Origin: Fimbriosthenelais zetlandica
Lineage: Eukaryota
Assembly: GCA_977030845.1 (NCBI GenBank)
Contig: OZ365114.1
Span: 23,622,001 to 23,686,000, forward strand
Length of the DNA stretch: 64,000 nucleotides
Direction: 5' to 3'
In this document: piece after piece, positions 35,801-47,800 of the stretch
How positions within the stretch are numbered: the first letter of the stretch is position 1
Layout: each line of letters opens with the position of its first letter
Translations under genes and position numbers: made by a program
The notes under the pieces: model-generated
The model's input: the letters and a program-made list of their open reading frames with translations, nothing else
What the model was told of the DNA's origin: nothing
The model's database searches: none

Positions 35801-38800
35801 CCAGGCTTTATATGGAAGATGCATGGATGGCAATGGCTCTTGGTGGAGCAATTAGAGAATACCATCTCTGATAAATCATATCTGCCAATAGATATATCTG
35901 AGGCCTATTAGTCAGAGTCAACATACATGTGGTTTCTTTAGCTGATGAGATATCAAAGTAAAAATCTATTATAGACAGATCTATCTATAAGGATGGCCAT
36001 AGAGCTTATCTGAGGGCATGGAGATAGATGTATTTTATCTTATTATTTCTGAAACCTCAGAGACAGCCGGATCTGCAGCTTATCTGTGGCCTGGGACCTC
36101 ATGCAGGTGTGTGTTTTTGTGGCGGTGTGGCAGGATATAATATTGCCACCAGGTAGCATGACTGTCGCTGTGTTGGTGGTGTGGCGATGGGAGGTGGCGG
36201 TGGTGGTGGGGAGCAGGCCAGGAGCAGCTCATGTGAGAGCAGCTGTTGAAGGTACAGATGTGCTGCCACTCATCATCACCGTTTACATTATTCATCGCCA
36301 AGATGGCCGCCTGCTTCACCGGGACCCCAATATCTCACCCTCTCTCCCCCTCACCAGCCTACCACTTCTTACACCTTCCTCTAGTCAGTCATGAGGCTAG
36401 ACAATAGATACATGTAACCTAGACTCTATACCCTTACCCCAAAACCAATCTATACCCTTACCCAACAACCAGTCAGTTGGGTAAGAACTCTAATGACCTG
36501 TGACCAATTTAAGGCTAAAGCTATTCGTTAGAAAACCATCAGGTTCACCCTAAGTTAGTTTTTGGTAATGGAAGGTATAGACCAGCAATGCTTGGGGTGA
36601 TTCGATTGCTCAAAAACAGAGCATCCCAGTTGGATATGGAACATCCATCCACAAGATCATTAGGAAGCGGAAAAACACTAATGAATAGGTAGACATGAGG
36701 AGTCTCATCACATCAGAAAATGTCAGCTACAGTTATGATGAATGACATATATCAGTCGTACAGGCGAAGCTCCACTCATCCACCTCCACATTAGACAGCC
36801 CCAGGCCAGCAAATGAGCGAGGCCATGTTTTAACACGAGCACAGAGTGAGACCATAGACAAAAGGTAATAAGATACTCAAACTACAGGGGTCTCCGCAAT
36901 AAATGTCAACCTGTACTCACAATTATCATGTATGTATTGGACAACTCATATCTTACCCAGGAGTGAGTTATCTACAGATGTGGTCCTGGATAGTCAAGAT
37001 ATATCTGGACGACAGACAGGTAGGGGTGAGAGACTGGGACAAATTTAACTGCATTTGGAGAATGATTGAAAGAAAGGAAGAAAGACGGGATGGGGTGGGT
37101 GTCGGGAGAGGAAGGATGTAAAACCAAAGGAAGCAAGGACAAGAAAGGAAAGGAGTTAGAAGGAGATATGCTGAAGTGAGGAAGTGAAAAAATGGTAAAA
37201 AGCTTGGCTTATAACTATCCATATCTCTAACTCGTTGAGTGAGATGATTCTGAATTGGTATAATGGAGATTTCTGGTGCTTAACAGTGTCAGAGGAAACT
37301 GATACTTAAGCTTTTTTGTTTTGGGAATACTGAAGAACGTTGACATGCCATAGAAACCTCGCTAGAGTGGAGGTGAAGATTCCAGTAAGGTGTGTCAGAC
37401 CTCGACACAAACATCATCTAATAAAATGACCGATCCCTGCCTCACAAGGTGGTGAGCGATCACTCCGGGGATTCCTCAATGTTTACTCTAACAATTATTT
37501 TTTATTGGGTTTTTATAAGAAAATGCATCACACCTGACCTTATGATCACACCTCTGAACGTTCTTTCTTACACCCGCACAGCTGGAAGGCCCATGGAGAA
37601 GGGCATTGCTCTGGTCAGGTTCACAATTCAAATAGTCAGCTGCCAAATCTTAAAACAGGCAGACTCTTCCATATCTCCCAATCAAGAAAACGTTTAAATC
37701 TAGATAAATGGAATGTAGCCGCTCTGTAAAAGAATTCAGGACGTGCTTATTTGCTTTCCTTCACAAAATATGCTGAAAAATTAACAGAAAACTGCAGGAG
37801 GTCCACACCCCAAATCCTGACCCCATCCATTGCCCTGCATTTTATGTCTAAACGAACAAAGGGAGAGAAGCCCCTGCTAAGAAAAATTATCAGAAAAAAG
37901 CAACCCCAGACAGCTTAATGATGCCACGCTCAGAAGCGAGCAGTAGTTAGCCCAGCTGCCTGTAGGAGCCGCTCGTGTCGACCAACAACTACTCGTACCC
38001 TGCCTTTGATCCGGGGACCCTGAAGCACACGACTAACGAGCGCACCTGACGTGAGGGGGAGCCACTGACGACCTGTGAGACCATGTGCTACCCACGTGCT
38101 CCTACATGGGACCTTCTCCTTCCTTACTCCTATCACCCTATAAACATTCAATGAGCTTTGAACCGTGACACCTTCATGGTTGGGTCCACATTCACCATAG
38201 ACTGGTCAAAGATGTAGCCAGTACCTCCATTGTATGCTAATGTATCATATTTGAAACATGTTGGAAGTGAAGTAATAGCTTAGAGATGGCAGTAAGAGTT
38301 TATGTTACAGCAGAGAGCCTGGTTACACTAGCTATGTGCTAATCACGTCAGCAAGGTGGGTGTTAGGATCGGGGTGGGGGTTGGGGGTTGGGGGAGGGTG
38401 GGGGGGGGGGGGGGGGGGAGGTATAGCTTTACCCCTCTCTTTGCTCCATCAAAGAGACGTGAAGTGTAGAAAAATTTTCAGGCACATATCAAACTGGATG
38501 ACATTGAGTTCTCAAGCGAATCGCATCTATTTCATGAGCTATGCGCCTGACGTTAGAAGTGTCAAATGACGCTCTGGTGGACATGGAAAAAAATAGTCCA
38601 TGAAGGGTCAATTAAGATACCGACACTCGACACAGATGCCCTCCAGTAAAATGAGATCCACCTTGATATTCCAAAAATACAGCCCTGCCCTCATCACTCT
38701 ATTGTTATCACCTATACATCAGTGCCTCATCACTTTTTTCCTCATTTTTCTCCCGTGAATTCATCACTGACGTGTTTCAAAGTCATAACCTTTCCCATGG

Positions 38801-41800
38801 CTTTTCCTTGATGAAATTATTACTTCCAAGCACCACATACACGTTATGACTTTGGAAGAAAATGGGGTAAATATAAATTAAAATACCTAGTCCTGAATAG
38901 ACGGGGCGATATCAGATTCTCTCAAAATCAAGTCATCACTCATTTATGGCATTTGGCAAAGGTTGGCAGGTGTACGGGTAAAAACCTTTCAGGATTTTCA
39001 TAGGTTTTTTCGGATTAAGCCAGTAACACAGCATGTGGGGGAGAAAGCTCTGATGCTCAATCCACCTGTTTGCTATATTGTAACATCTTTATCTCAAATA
39101 TGACAAATTAATCCGAGCGTTTAATGTATAGCGTCCTGACCTGCTTCTGTCCCAACAAAAACAGCTTTGTTTTTCACGTAAAAATCACGATAACTATAAT
39201 GTCATGACATGAGGCGGCTAATGAGGTCTGACAGGAAGCACGCTGAAAAATACTTAAACGAAAATTAAATTCATTTGGTTTACTTTATGGTTTCCTTGTA
39301 TCGAAGGAGAGATATATGAAAGATAAAGAAAATAAATAGCAGATTTATTGTGACAACCCAATCACAAGTCCCACACAAATGCCATCATCTTTCATATTTC
39401 TTGCCTTGCATCTCAGTAAAAACAAGTCTTTGATGGTTCATAGAAGATAACGTCCAACTTAACATTAGATTCAACCCACACTAACATTTGCTCCATTATA
39501 CCTGCCCAATTTAAAATACATAAGGACAGTACATTTTTAATGGACCGTTTACCCATAATCCCTATATAAGAGTCCTATAAAATTGCCACGTGTGTCCAAG
39601 GGGGACGAGGTCATGAAAGAGAACACAAGAAAGAGGGCAACTGGAGGAACAGATGTAACAAGGAGAATATATTTTTTATGGAATTTCTGGATGCCACCTG
39701 GGTATTAACTGAGGCAGGGGAGAAGAGATAGAGAATTAAAAGGAGCGAGCAGGAGGAAGAGAAAAAGGAAGAGGAGCAGGAGGAGAGATCAAGGGCAGCA
39801 GACGAGATAATAGAATGGCACAAGGCTGCGACCTTGCCAATTTACGATCTTGTTTGTGACTGCTGGCTAATTCCTAGCATAAGGGGGTCCAGATGGGAAA
39901 AGCAAGATACACCAACATCTTTTCTTTATGCTTGACTGGAAGAGAGTGGAGGCTTGGCTCCATAAGTTCCAGGAACAGGTGAGAAGGTGAGATGGGGAAG
40001 GTATGAGAGGGTGAAGGTAGGTTCCCCTACATCAGGGTTAGGTAGATAAGGGTATAGACACTGGATCACCTGCCATACCTCAGGTGTCTTATTGGCATCA
40101 CCTTTAATGCTTGCTACTTAATACCAACCCCAGCAGATCTACGACACACCTCCCTATAAAAAACTATGTGTATATATAAATTCCTCTCAGACTAGGCGGG
40201 GCATCCCATCTTCCACTATTTTTTACATGGCGGTTCTTTTTATTGAAGGCCCATAACCGTTCATCCACCCAGATCCAAATGATGGATTCCCTGACGTAGC
40301 AGCCAGCACGTGTTAGTGGTGGTCGGTTGGAGGTAATCATTCAGAATATTCTCATCAAGGTACGTCATCATATTCTTTGTATCCTTATCTGCCTTTCCAT
40401 AAACTTTTCACTGTAGTGAATTACAAACTGAAGAAAAGGGAAGGTGGGGGAGAGTATCATATATGCTAACTGCTACTTGAGCTGTGTGAAGCCTCTCATA
40501 GGTGCTGTGTAAAGAGTGGGAGGAAGGTGTTTGTTTGGGCCGGCTGTCTACGTCACAACTTCCCAATCTACATTCATCATTCCCTCCCATCCGACGGTGG
40601 TAGGTTACACAGGTGAAGGACTCTCAGATAAAAAGACAAAAAGCTAAGAAATTAGCAAGAAATATGAAAAACTCTGCAATAACATACATAGGTCAAAACT
40701 TTTTCAACCACCCACCATGTCACCACCCCGTCCGTCTGATGTCTCTCATCTATACAGATTCTGTGAGGTACCAACGCTCCAGATCCATGCCTTCATCGGT
40801 CCTCTCACATCTTGTTGAGCCTAAAGGGCAAACTCCCTTCGCTGCTTCCCTCTCTCCATCAAGCACCAACTCACTTCGCTTCTTCCCTCTCTCCCTGAAG
40901 GACCAACTCCCTTAGCTGCTTCCCTTTCTCCCCCAAGCGCTAACTCTCTCATCTGCTTCCCTGTCTCCCTCAAGAACCAACTCCCTTCGCTTCTTCCCTC
41001 TCTCCCTGAAGGACCAACACACTTCGCTTCTTCCCTCTCTCCCTGAAGGACCAACACACTTCGCTTCTTCCCTCTCTCCCTCAAGAACCAACTCCCTTAA
41101 CTGCTTCCCTCTGCCCCTTTCAGGCAGTATCTCCCTTAGCTGCTTCCGTCACTTTCATGCACTCTTAACATCGAAGGAAATACAAGTCAGGAAGAGGGAG
41201 AGAAGACGCAAAGCCACGTGCTTGAGATCCAGCCACCCGACATACCCGTGTATACTCCTGAACACCATAACTGTCTGTAGGAGTTCATAACTGTCAGCAG
41301 AGTTGTAAATTTTAAGGTGTTTATATTCAGGAGTTCACCACAGCGCACAGAATGCATGCCCAGACAGATTTATGTCAGCAGCTTCTTAAAAAAGTCCCTG
41401 GCCGTTTGCTTAGACATACCTTCCCACTTTTCCTTTTAAGAACTGCCGAAGAACGTGTCAAAGGAAGTTCTACCATTCACAAATACAAACATCTTTTCCA
41501 TCTGGATGATCCATTTACATTTGCATTCTTAAAGCAACGTCAAAATTTGGCGGATGGATAATGAATGCTTACTTTCATTGTGAATGATAACTATAATAGC
41601 AACTGCGAAGATTGCTAAAAGATGCTTAATAGGACAAATAATGATAATGTATGAAGGTCCATAACTTTCTAGCGAACATAATTCAACACAGGCATAAATA
41701 ATAATGAAGGATGTATATGATGACTCGTCAAAACAGAAAGTGATCAAAGTGTGTGGAGAAGAAACCATTTTACAGACAGGTAAAAACCGGAAAGTGTGGC

Positions 41801-44800
41801 TAACAAAGGTCTTTTTCTTCCAACACATCTTGTTGTCATAAACCCTTCTCTCTCCCTGTCTTCTCATTTCACTTCTCTTCCTCGGGATAGCAGGTTAAAA
41901 AACATTCCTATCCATCTGGATGCTCTGGCATTTCAACTCCTTACCTTCCAAACTACAACCACGTTCCCTTCACTGATAATCATTTGATTTCTTTTGGAGC
42001 AATGACCAAGTTTTATTTGATGTCAATAAGGCGTAATTTGGCTTCTACTCTTTTCATTTTTATTTTTCAAAAAAGTTGAAATTGGAAAGGATCGTAGGTT
42101 TGGTTTCAATCTGAACATGTCACTGTGCAATACGGTCAATGCCAGTCCCTATTGCTCTCACGTACAGGCTCATAGCCATAACTCATGGATGTAATTATGA
42201 CGATGTGAAAAATTGCCTTAAGGACTGTAAGATCTAAAAAAAAAATCGACTCTAGTTGAGCAGGTATCCTTTCGCGTATCGTTTAAAATAAAAAGTTCTA
42301 TATCTACCATATGGTGAGGTATATCGGACTTTCTCCTGTGTCATATATATATGCCAGAGCTGCAGTTCACACCTGTGGTAGTTCTTGTACTGAATTTCTA
42401 AATCTCAACCAAGAGAAACTGAAGATAGATAGGCATGTTTTGATATAATCACTTTAACGCTACATAAATCACGCTTATCAAAACGCTCCACTTAACGATG
42501 GTTGAAGACGAAAACGGTAGGGGGGGGGGGGAAGAGGTGCGGGTGGGGGTTGGTAAGGGTGGAATATTAAAACCTTGCTTCAGTCCATACTACCTTACTT
42601 ATAGCCTTATCACAGGAACAACTGCAGGGATGTTAGGATTGAGGTAATAGGCTCCTAGTCTGGCAATGTTGGATCACCAACAGGTGCTTATAATATTCTA
42701 AGTATTTCACATTTTCCTCCCCCGCCTGGTACCGTAATCCCTATTGTACTACCACCAGGATCGTATACATTTATGAGTATATCCTCTGTACAATTTTGTG
42801 TGTGAAAAAAGTTTATCTCTTTCCCAGACCTGCAGAAAGTTACCAGATAGGCCTATAGTGGTCTTGCTGCATTTGCAAGGATGGATAGAAGCTAGCATGG
42901 AGAATGTAACCTTTTTAACATCAAGTGTATACATACACTTAGCCGGGCTATGTTGGTGTAAAGGTGTTTATTTGGAGGCGAAGGGAATTGGCATAATTTT
43001 CCAACGTGGTCACGGAAAATTAACCTGTCTTGCTTCCAGTTAACCAACTTCTTTTGCCACTAATCACAGATGAAGTAAATCAAGCAATGGAAGTAAACGA
43101 GATGCGTATATAAAATATATCTCGTTTCAGGAAAAGTTTACTGGGTGGAACATCTCAATGCACAATGGTTTTGAAGTGAAGTCGGAGACGATGAGACATC
43201 ATATTATATAAATGTTTTAAGGCTTCTTGGGGCGAGGTGGGGTATAGAGGTAAGAGCAACACGTGGTAGCAATCTACCTAATCTTGGATGCTAGTACATG
43301 AATGCCAAGCGATTCAGACATTTATCCATTTTAAATAGTGCTATACATAAGCTCTTCTCACCCTTGTGTCGTACGGAAACAAGAAAAAAAGAATGCTACA
43401 CAAATAAAATTACGGCGCAATACAAAAATGAGATATTTCAATGTCTCAAGAATTCAAGGCAAAAAGAAGCTACTTATGTTTCAGGTAGATGCGAATCTGT
43501 GCCGCGGACAAAATATATCAACTTTACAATTTGCCTGGGTTTAACATCATTTTCGGGAGAAGGATGCCAGTGACCTATTTCAGTCGACCCTGGATATTTA
43601 AAGTGGTCGATAAATCATTTTAAAAATACATAAAATTCATCCAGCCTCCATTGGGTCCAGACCTCTATTTTTTAAGTATTTAGCTCGGCATACATACACA
43701 TGTGCAGTTGGGCTTTTCGATTATTATTCACCAAAAGGAACTCCCTGAATGATAAATCTTTGGCGCGCCCCGTCGGGTCTAGAAATTGTTTCCACGGCGG
43801 AAGCCCCCAGAGCACTTAGGGATGCTTGAGGCCCCACCACAGTGACCTCTCACCTTCAACCCTTGACCTCGCTAGCAGATACCAACATGGGTAATGCATG
43901 GTGCGCGTGGTCGGCGAGTGGCGTGGCGGGTGGCTTAGAGGGGTTAAAAAAGAGATTGTTTGAGAAGGAAGGACGGAAGGAAAGGAGGAAGGAAGGAATC
44001 GGCGAAGGAAGGAATCGGCGAAGGAAGGAATCGACGAAGGAAGGAATCGGCGAAGGAAGGTCTAACGGAAGTGACGGAGGTATGAACGAATGAAAAAAGG
44101 TGGGGACAAAATATGGTACGACGGAATAATCAAAGGAAGTATTGGTGAGTTCAAAGTAAATTCCAAAACTGGACACATCTTAGTTTAAAAGTATCAGAAT
44201 CTTCCTAGACTGGGACAACATGTCCAATCCGATTAACACATCAACAGAGCCCATCTCCCATCCAACCTTACTCACAACAACACTAAACACTTTAAACTGT
44301 GTAATGAACTTCATCACAAAGACTCACAGCACCTGTCCTCTTCTGGTAGAAACTAGAAACCTGGTCGGGAGGGAAGGCAAGCAAGATAAAGATGTTTGGA
44401 GGAGGGCAAGTGACCCCCGGAGCACTTGTAGGGTCAGGCCGCTAGGGGGCCTCCCGAGGTTAATTTAGCCCAACTCTCATCATTCATCATTCACATCTAT
44501 TTCACTCAGGGCCAGATCAGGTAGAAAAGCAATTTGTGATGCATGGTGTAGGATCCAAAAGTGTAGACCACCTTCCCAGGGTGGGGTGGGCGGGGGAGGG
44601 AGAAAGCAACGTGATGGGTGCTGGATGGGTGTTGAAATCAGATGGTAATGAAAAAAAGATTTTTCTTTTTACTGGTATATTATCTAGGTGCCAATCTACC
44701 TGAAGTTTGGGAAGGATGCCCTTATTCTTAAACACACATGTATACAACAACTACCAAGCCAAACATTCTTAGAACCAACGATTCGGATTTTTAGAAAGAA

Positions 44801-47800
44801 AGTTGGTGGATGCACCACAATCTCATATTGCGAAACATGAACAAGTTTTCACCATTTTCGATCTTTTCCTGCCCCCACAGCTGTACCTATAGTAGACTGC
44901 GCCCATCCGGCCCCAACCACTACTCACCCTCATTATGTCAAACATTTCTCATTTTCACTTTTTCTTCACCCAGGCTGGCAGCAAGGGAAGCAGGGAGAGG
45001 AAAACATCATCAACATTATTCACTTTCACAATGTTTCATTTCTTGAAGAAAAACTACCTCTCTTGATCCTCTCCTATATTTGTCGAGAGGCAATTCTTCG
45101 AGGTGCATTTCGCTGGAGATGGTTGGCTACTTGTGTATACAATCACTTGACAAATACAGACCAATTTATGTGACAAAGATTTGTGGTCTGAGTTTCTATT
45201 CTGTGGGTATTCTTCACAAAAATATGCTTTTGCGTCAGAGTGGGCGGCTGGCCATAAAGAAAGTTATGATGTTTGAGAGAAACGGCAGAAAAGTAAATTA
45301 GGAAGAGAATGTTGTGAGGTCATAAACACGTCGCACCTTTACTTTCATGCCACGACCAGACAAAATAAAACCTGAGGACAGGAAAAAACAACTCCGGGGC
45401 ATAAACACAATGTAGCAGAGATCTGTGCAAGGCGATCCATCTCAAATATTAGTTCTAAAAATTCTCAACTTAGGGAACCACACACAGAAAATCGGTCAGA
45501 CCTCCTGCACTGATATCTTAAAATAGACAAGAGATGCAGCCTTTCTCAGGGATAGTACAATGTCGAGAGTGACATCGACAGAACAAATTGAAGTTCATCG
45601 ATGGAACATCCACCCCAGGTAGGCCTATAAACTCCACGCTTGCTACATACATGGACGTAGGGATGACTGGAGCCAGAATGCAATGGCAGGGTGAGAAATG
45701 CATCTTTTCTGTGGGATTCGAGTCACATCGACACAGGGACATGGATGGAAGGAACATTCTAAAAATATACATGTTTTTGACACTGAATAAAATACTTTAA
45801 GTGACCAAAACCTAAACAGGAAACTCATTGACCAGTCGAGACAAGCCTCCTCAGAGAAGAAGACCATATCTCTCAAGTACCTCGTCTTAAACGTATACCA
45901 TCTAAGTAAAGGTCAAGTCTTTAACAGAAGTCTTGAACAAGTACAAATTTTCTTCCAATATTTTGGAGCCAAGTGGGCGCACCTAAGACCCCATGGTTCA
46001 GTCGCACCCCAATAACACGCAACTGCTGGGACACAACTCACGCAGCAGTGGTATTTACACACCTACATGCTGGCTCCCTTGTTTTCCTTTGAGCAATACC
46101 AGTGAGGGACCGGGCTGAGGATTTATGGACTAAATAATTCAGGAATGTTTAAACTGGCCACCAACAAGCCATAGTAAGTAGGAGCTTGTAGGGAGTTGGG
46201 GGAGGGGGTTACAAGAAGAAGCTCTGGCTTCTCACCCCCAGACCCCAGGCCCAGACAAGAGGGCCCATTTACGTGAGGCCCAGGGATCCATAGACATTTT
46301 TCAGTTCTGAAAAGCATCTCCAATAGCTCACCCTGATGGCAGCTGCCCTTGGCCTCAATCCCTCCCCCATTCCTCCTTAACCATTTGGCCATTTGGCAGG
46401 TGGGCAGGGATGGACTCATGTCCGCTATAGGCAGGCAGAAATAAAAGCATTGTTTTATGAGGCTTTGATTCTTCCCTGGCCCATAATACTCATGGATCCA
46501 ACCCGCAGGACGACATAAGAGGACTTAACAGCTATTGCCTGCCTATCCAACTGGAGGCCTAAAGATATAGACATTTACCATCCATGTCCAGCGATATATA
46601 AATCCAGCAGCCTGATGTATGCTATCATTTTATAGCAGGACTAGGCCTGGAGTAGGCGCCGAATGAGGGACAGAATAGTTTCTTATATAAGAAAACACTC
46701 AGAAACAAAAAAAAAACCCCAGCAGGTTAAGAAAACTATGACTGAAGTTGAAGCTATCAACTGCCAGAGCTTCCAGCTGAAGGGGGGTATCAACATGTCT
46801 GCACGTGACACAGCATGTTCCACTCCATCACAAAGTTCAAGATGTCAATTTTTGGTGCCGGAAGCACAACTGCGGAACTCCATTCACTTCCGGCATCTTG
46901 GATACAAAAGAAAGATGCATGGCGACCTTCATGCAACGACCTGACCTTGAACCCTTGTATCTCTGCACGTGGCCTGGCATGCATGTGGAGCAAGCTCGTG
47001 GTCTTCTTGCCATTTAGGGAGTGATGTTCAAATGTAGAGGAAACTATGCAACGTTTTCTGCTACAATAAGTCCCTAGTCTGACCGCAGGATCGTTTATAT
47101 GTATGCAATCCTTTAGGACATTGTAAGATAAATGTACTCAAATTATTGGGTAGAACCATGAAAGTGTATAGGCCCCTAAAGTTGGTAGAACCAATGAGTA
47201 AGAACAAAGTAGTCGTTAGTAGAACCATTTCAGAATATATCAAACTTACGAGTTTAAATATGATGTTTTAAAGGTAGCATCATGAACCATAGTTGTGGGC
47301 AAGGTGTATGTACCTGCTATCTTGACCACTTAGTCCTGATGATGAGTAAGACTCATTAGAGACGTGGAGGTGGGGGGTTAAGTCTCCGGTCAGGAGCTTC
47401 TCAATCACCAAGAACACATGGGACGGGGAGTAGCTCTCGTCAATAAGGATTAGCACCCTGCTCTTCTCACATCATCACATCAAACACTCATAGCCCCAGG
47501 CCACAGCTATACTCCCTGCCTCTGCAACTTCTGTACAGAACAAGGTTTGCATCAAGATGCTAGACAAATCATTAGCATTTTCCTATTAAGAACCCCTTTT
47601 AGGGTTGTCCAATCAACCTGTAGAAAAACATTTTAGGCCTTAGATTTTGAAATGCTCAGTTAAATAAGGAATTAACCATACATGAGCAGTTCAAAATAAA
47701 ACAAAAATGGATGGGAATTCTGCCATCTGAAGAGAAGATGGCAGAGGGTATATATGAGAGGATAGAAAAAGTGAGTGATTTAAATATAGCCACTTGTTGA

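Noticed and set aside
47336-47365. Hammerhead ribozyme (CTGATGA followed by a hairpin)
   Set aside because: The required GAAA after stem II is absent (GAGA instead) and the stem closure is wrong. Other CTGATGA sites checked also fail.
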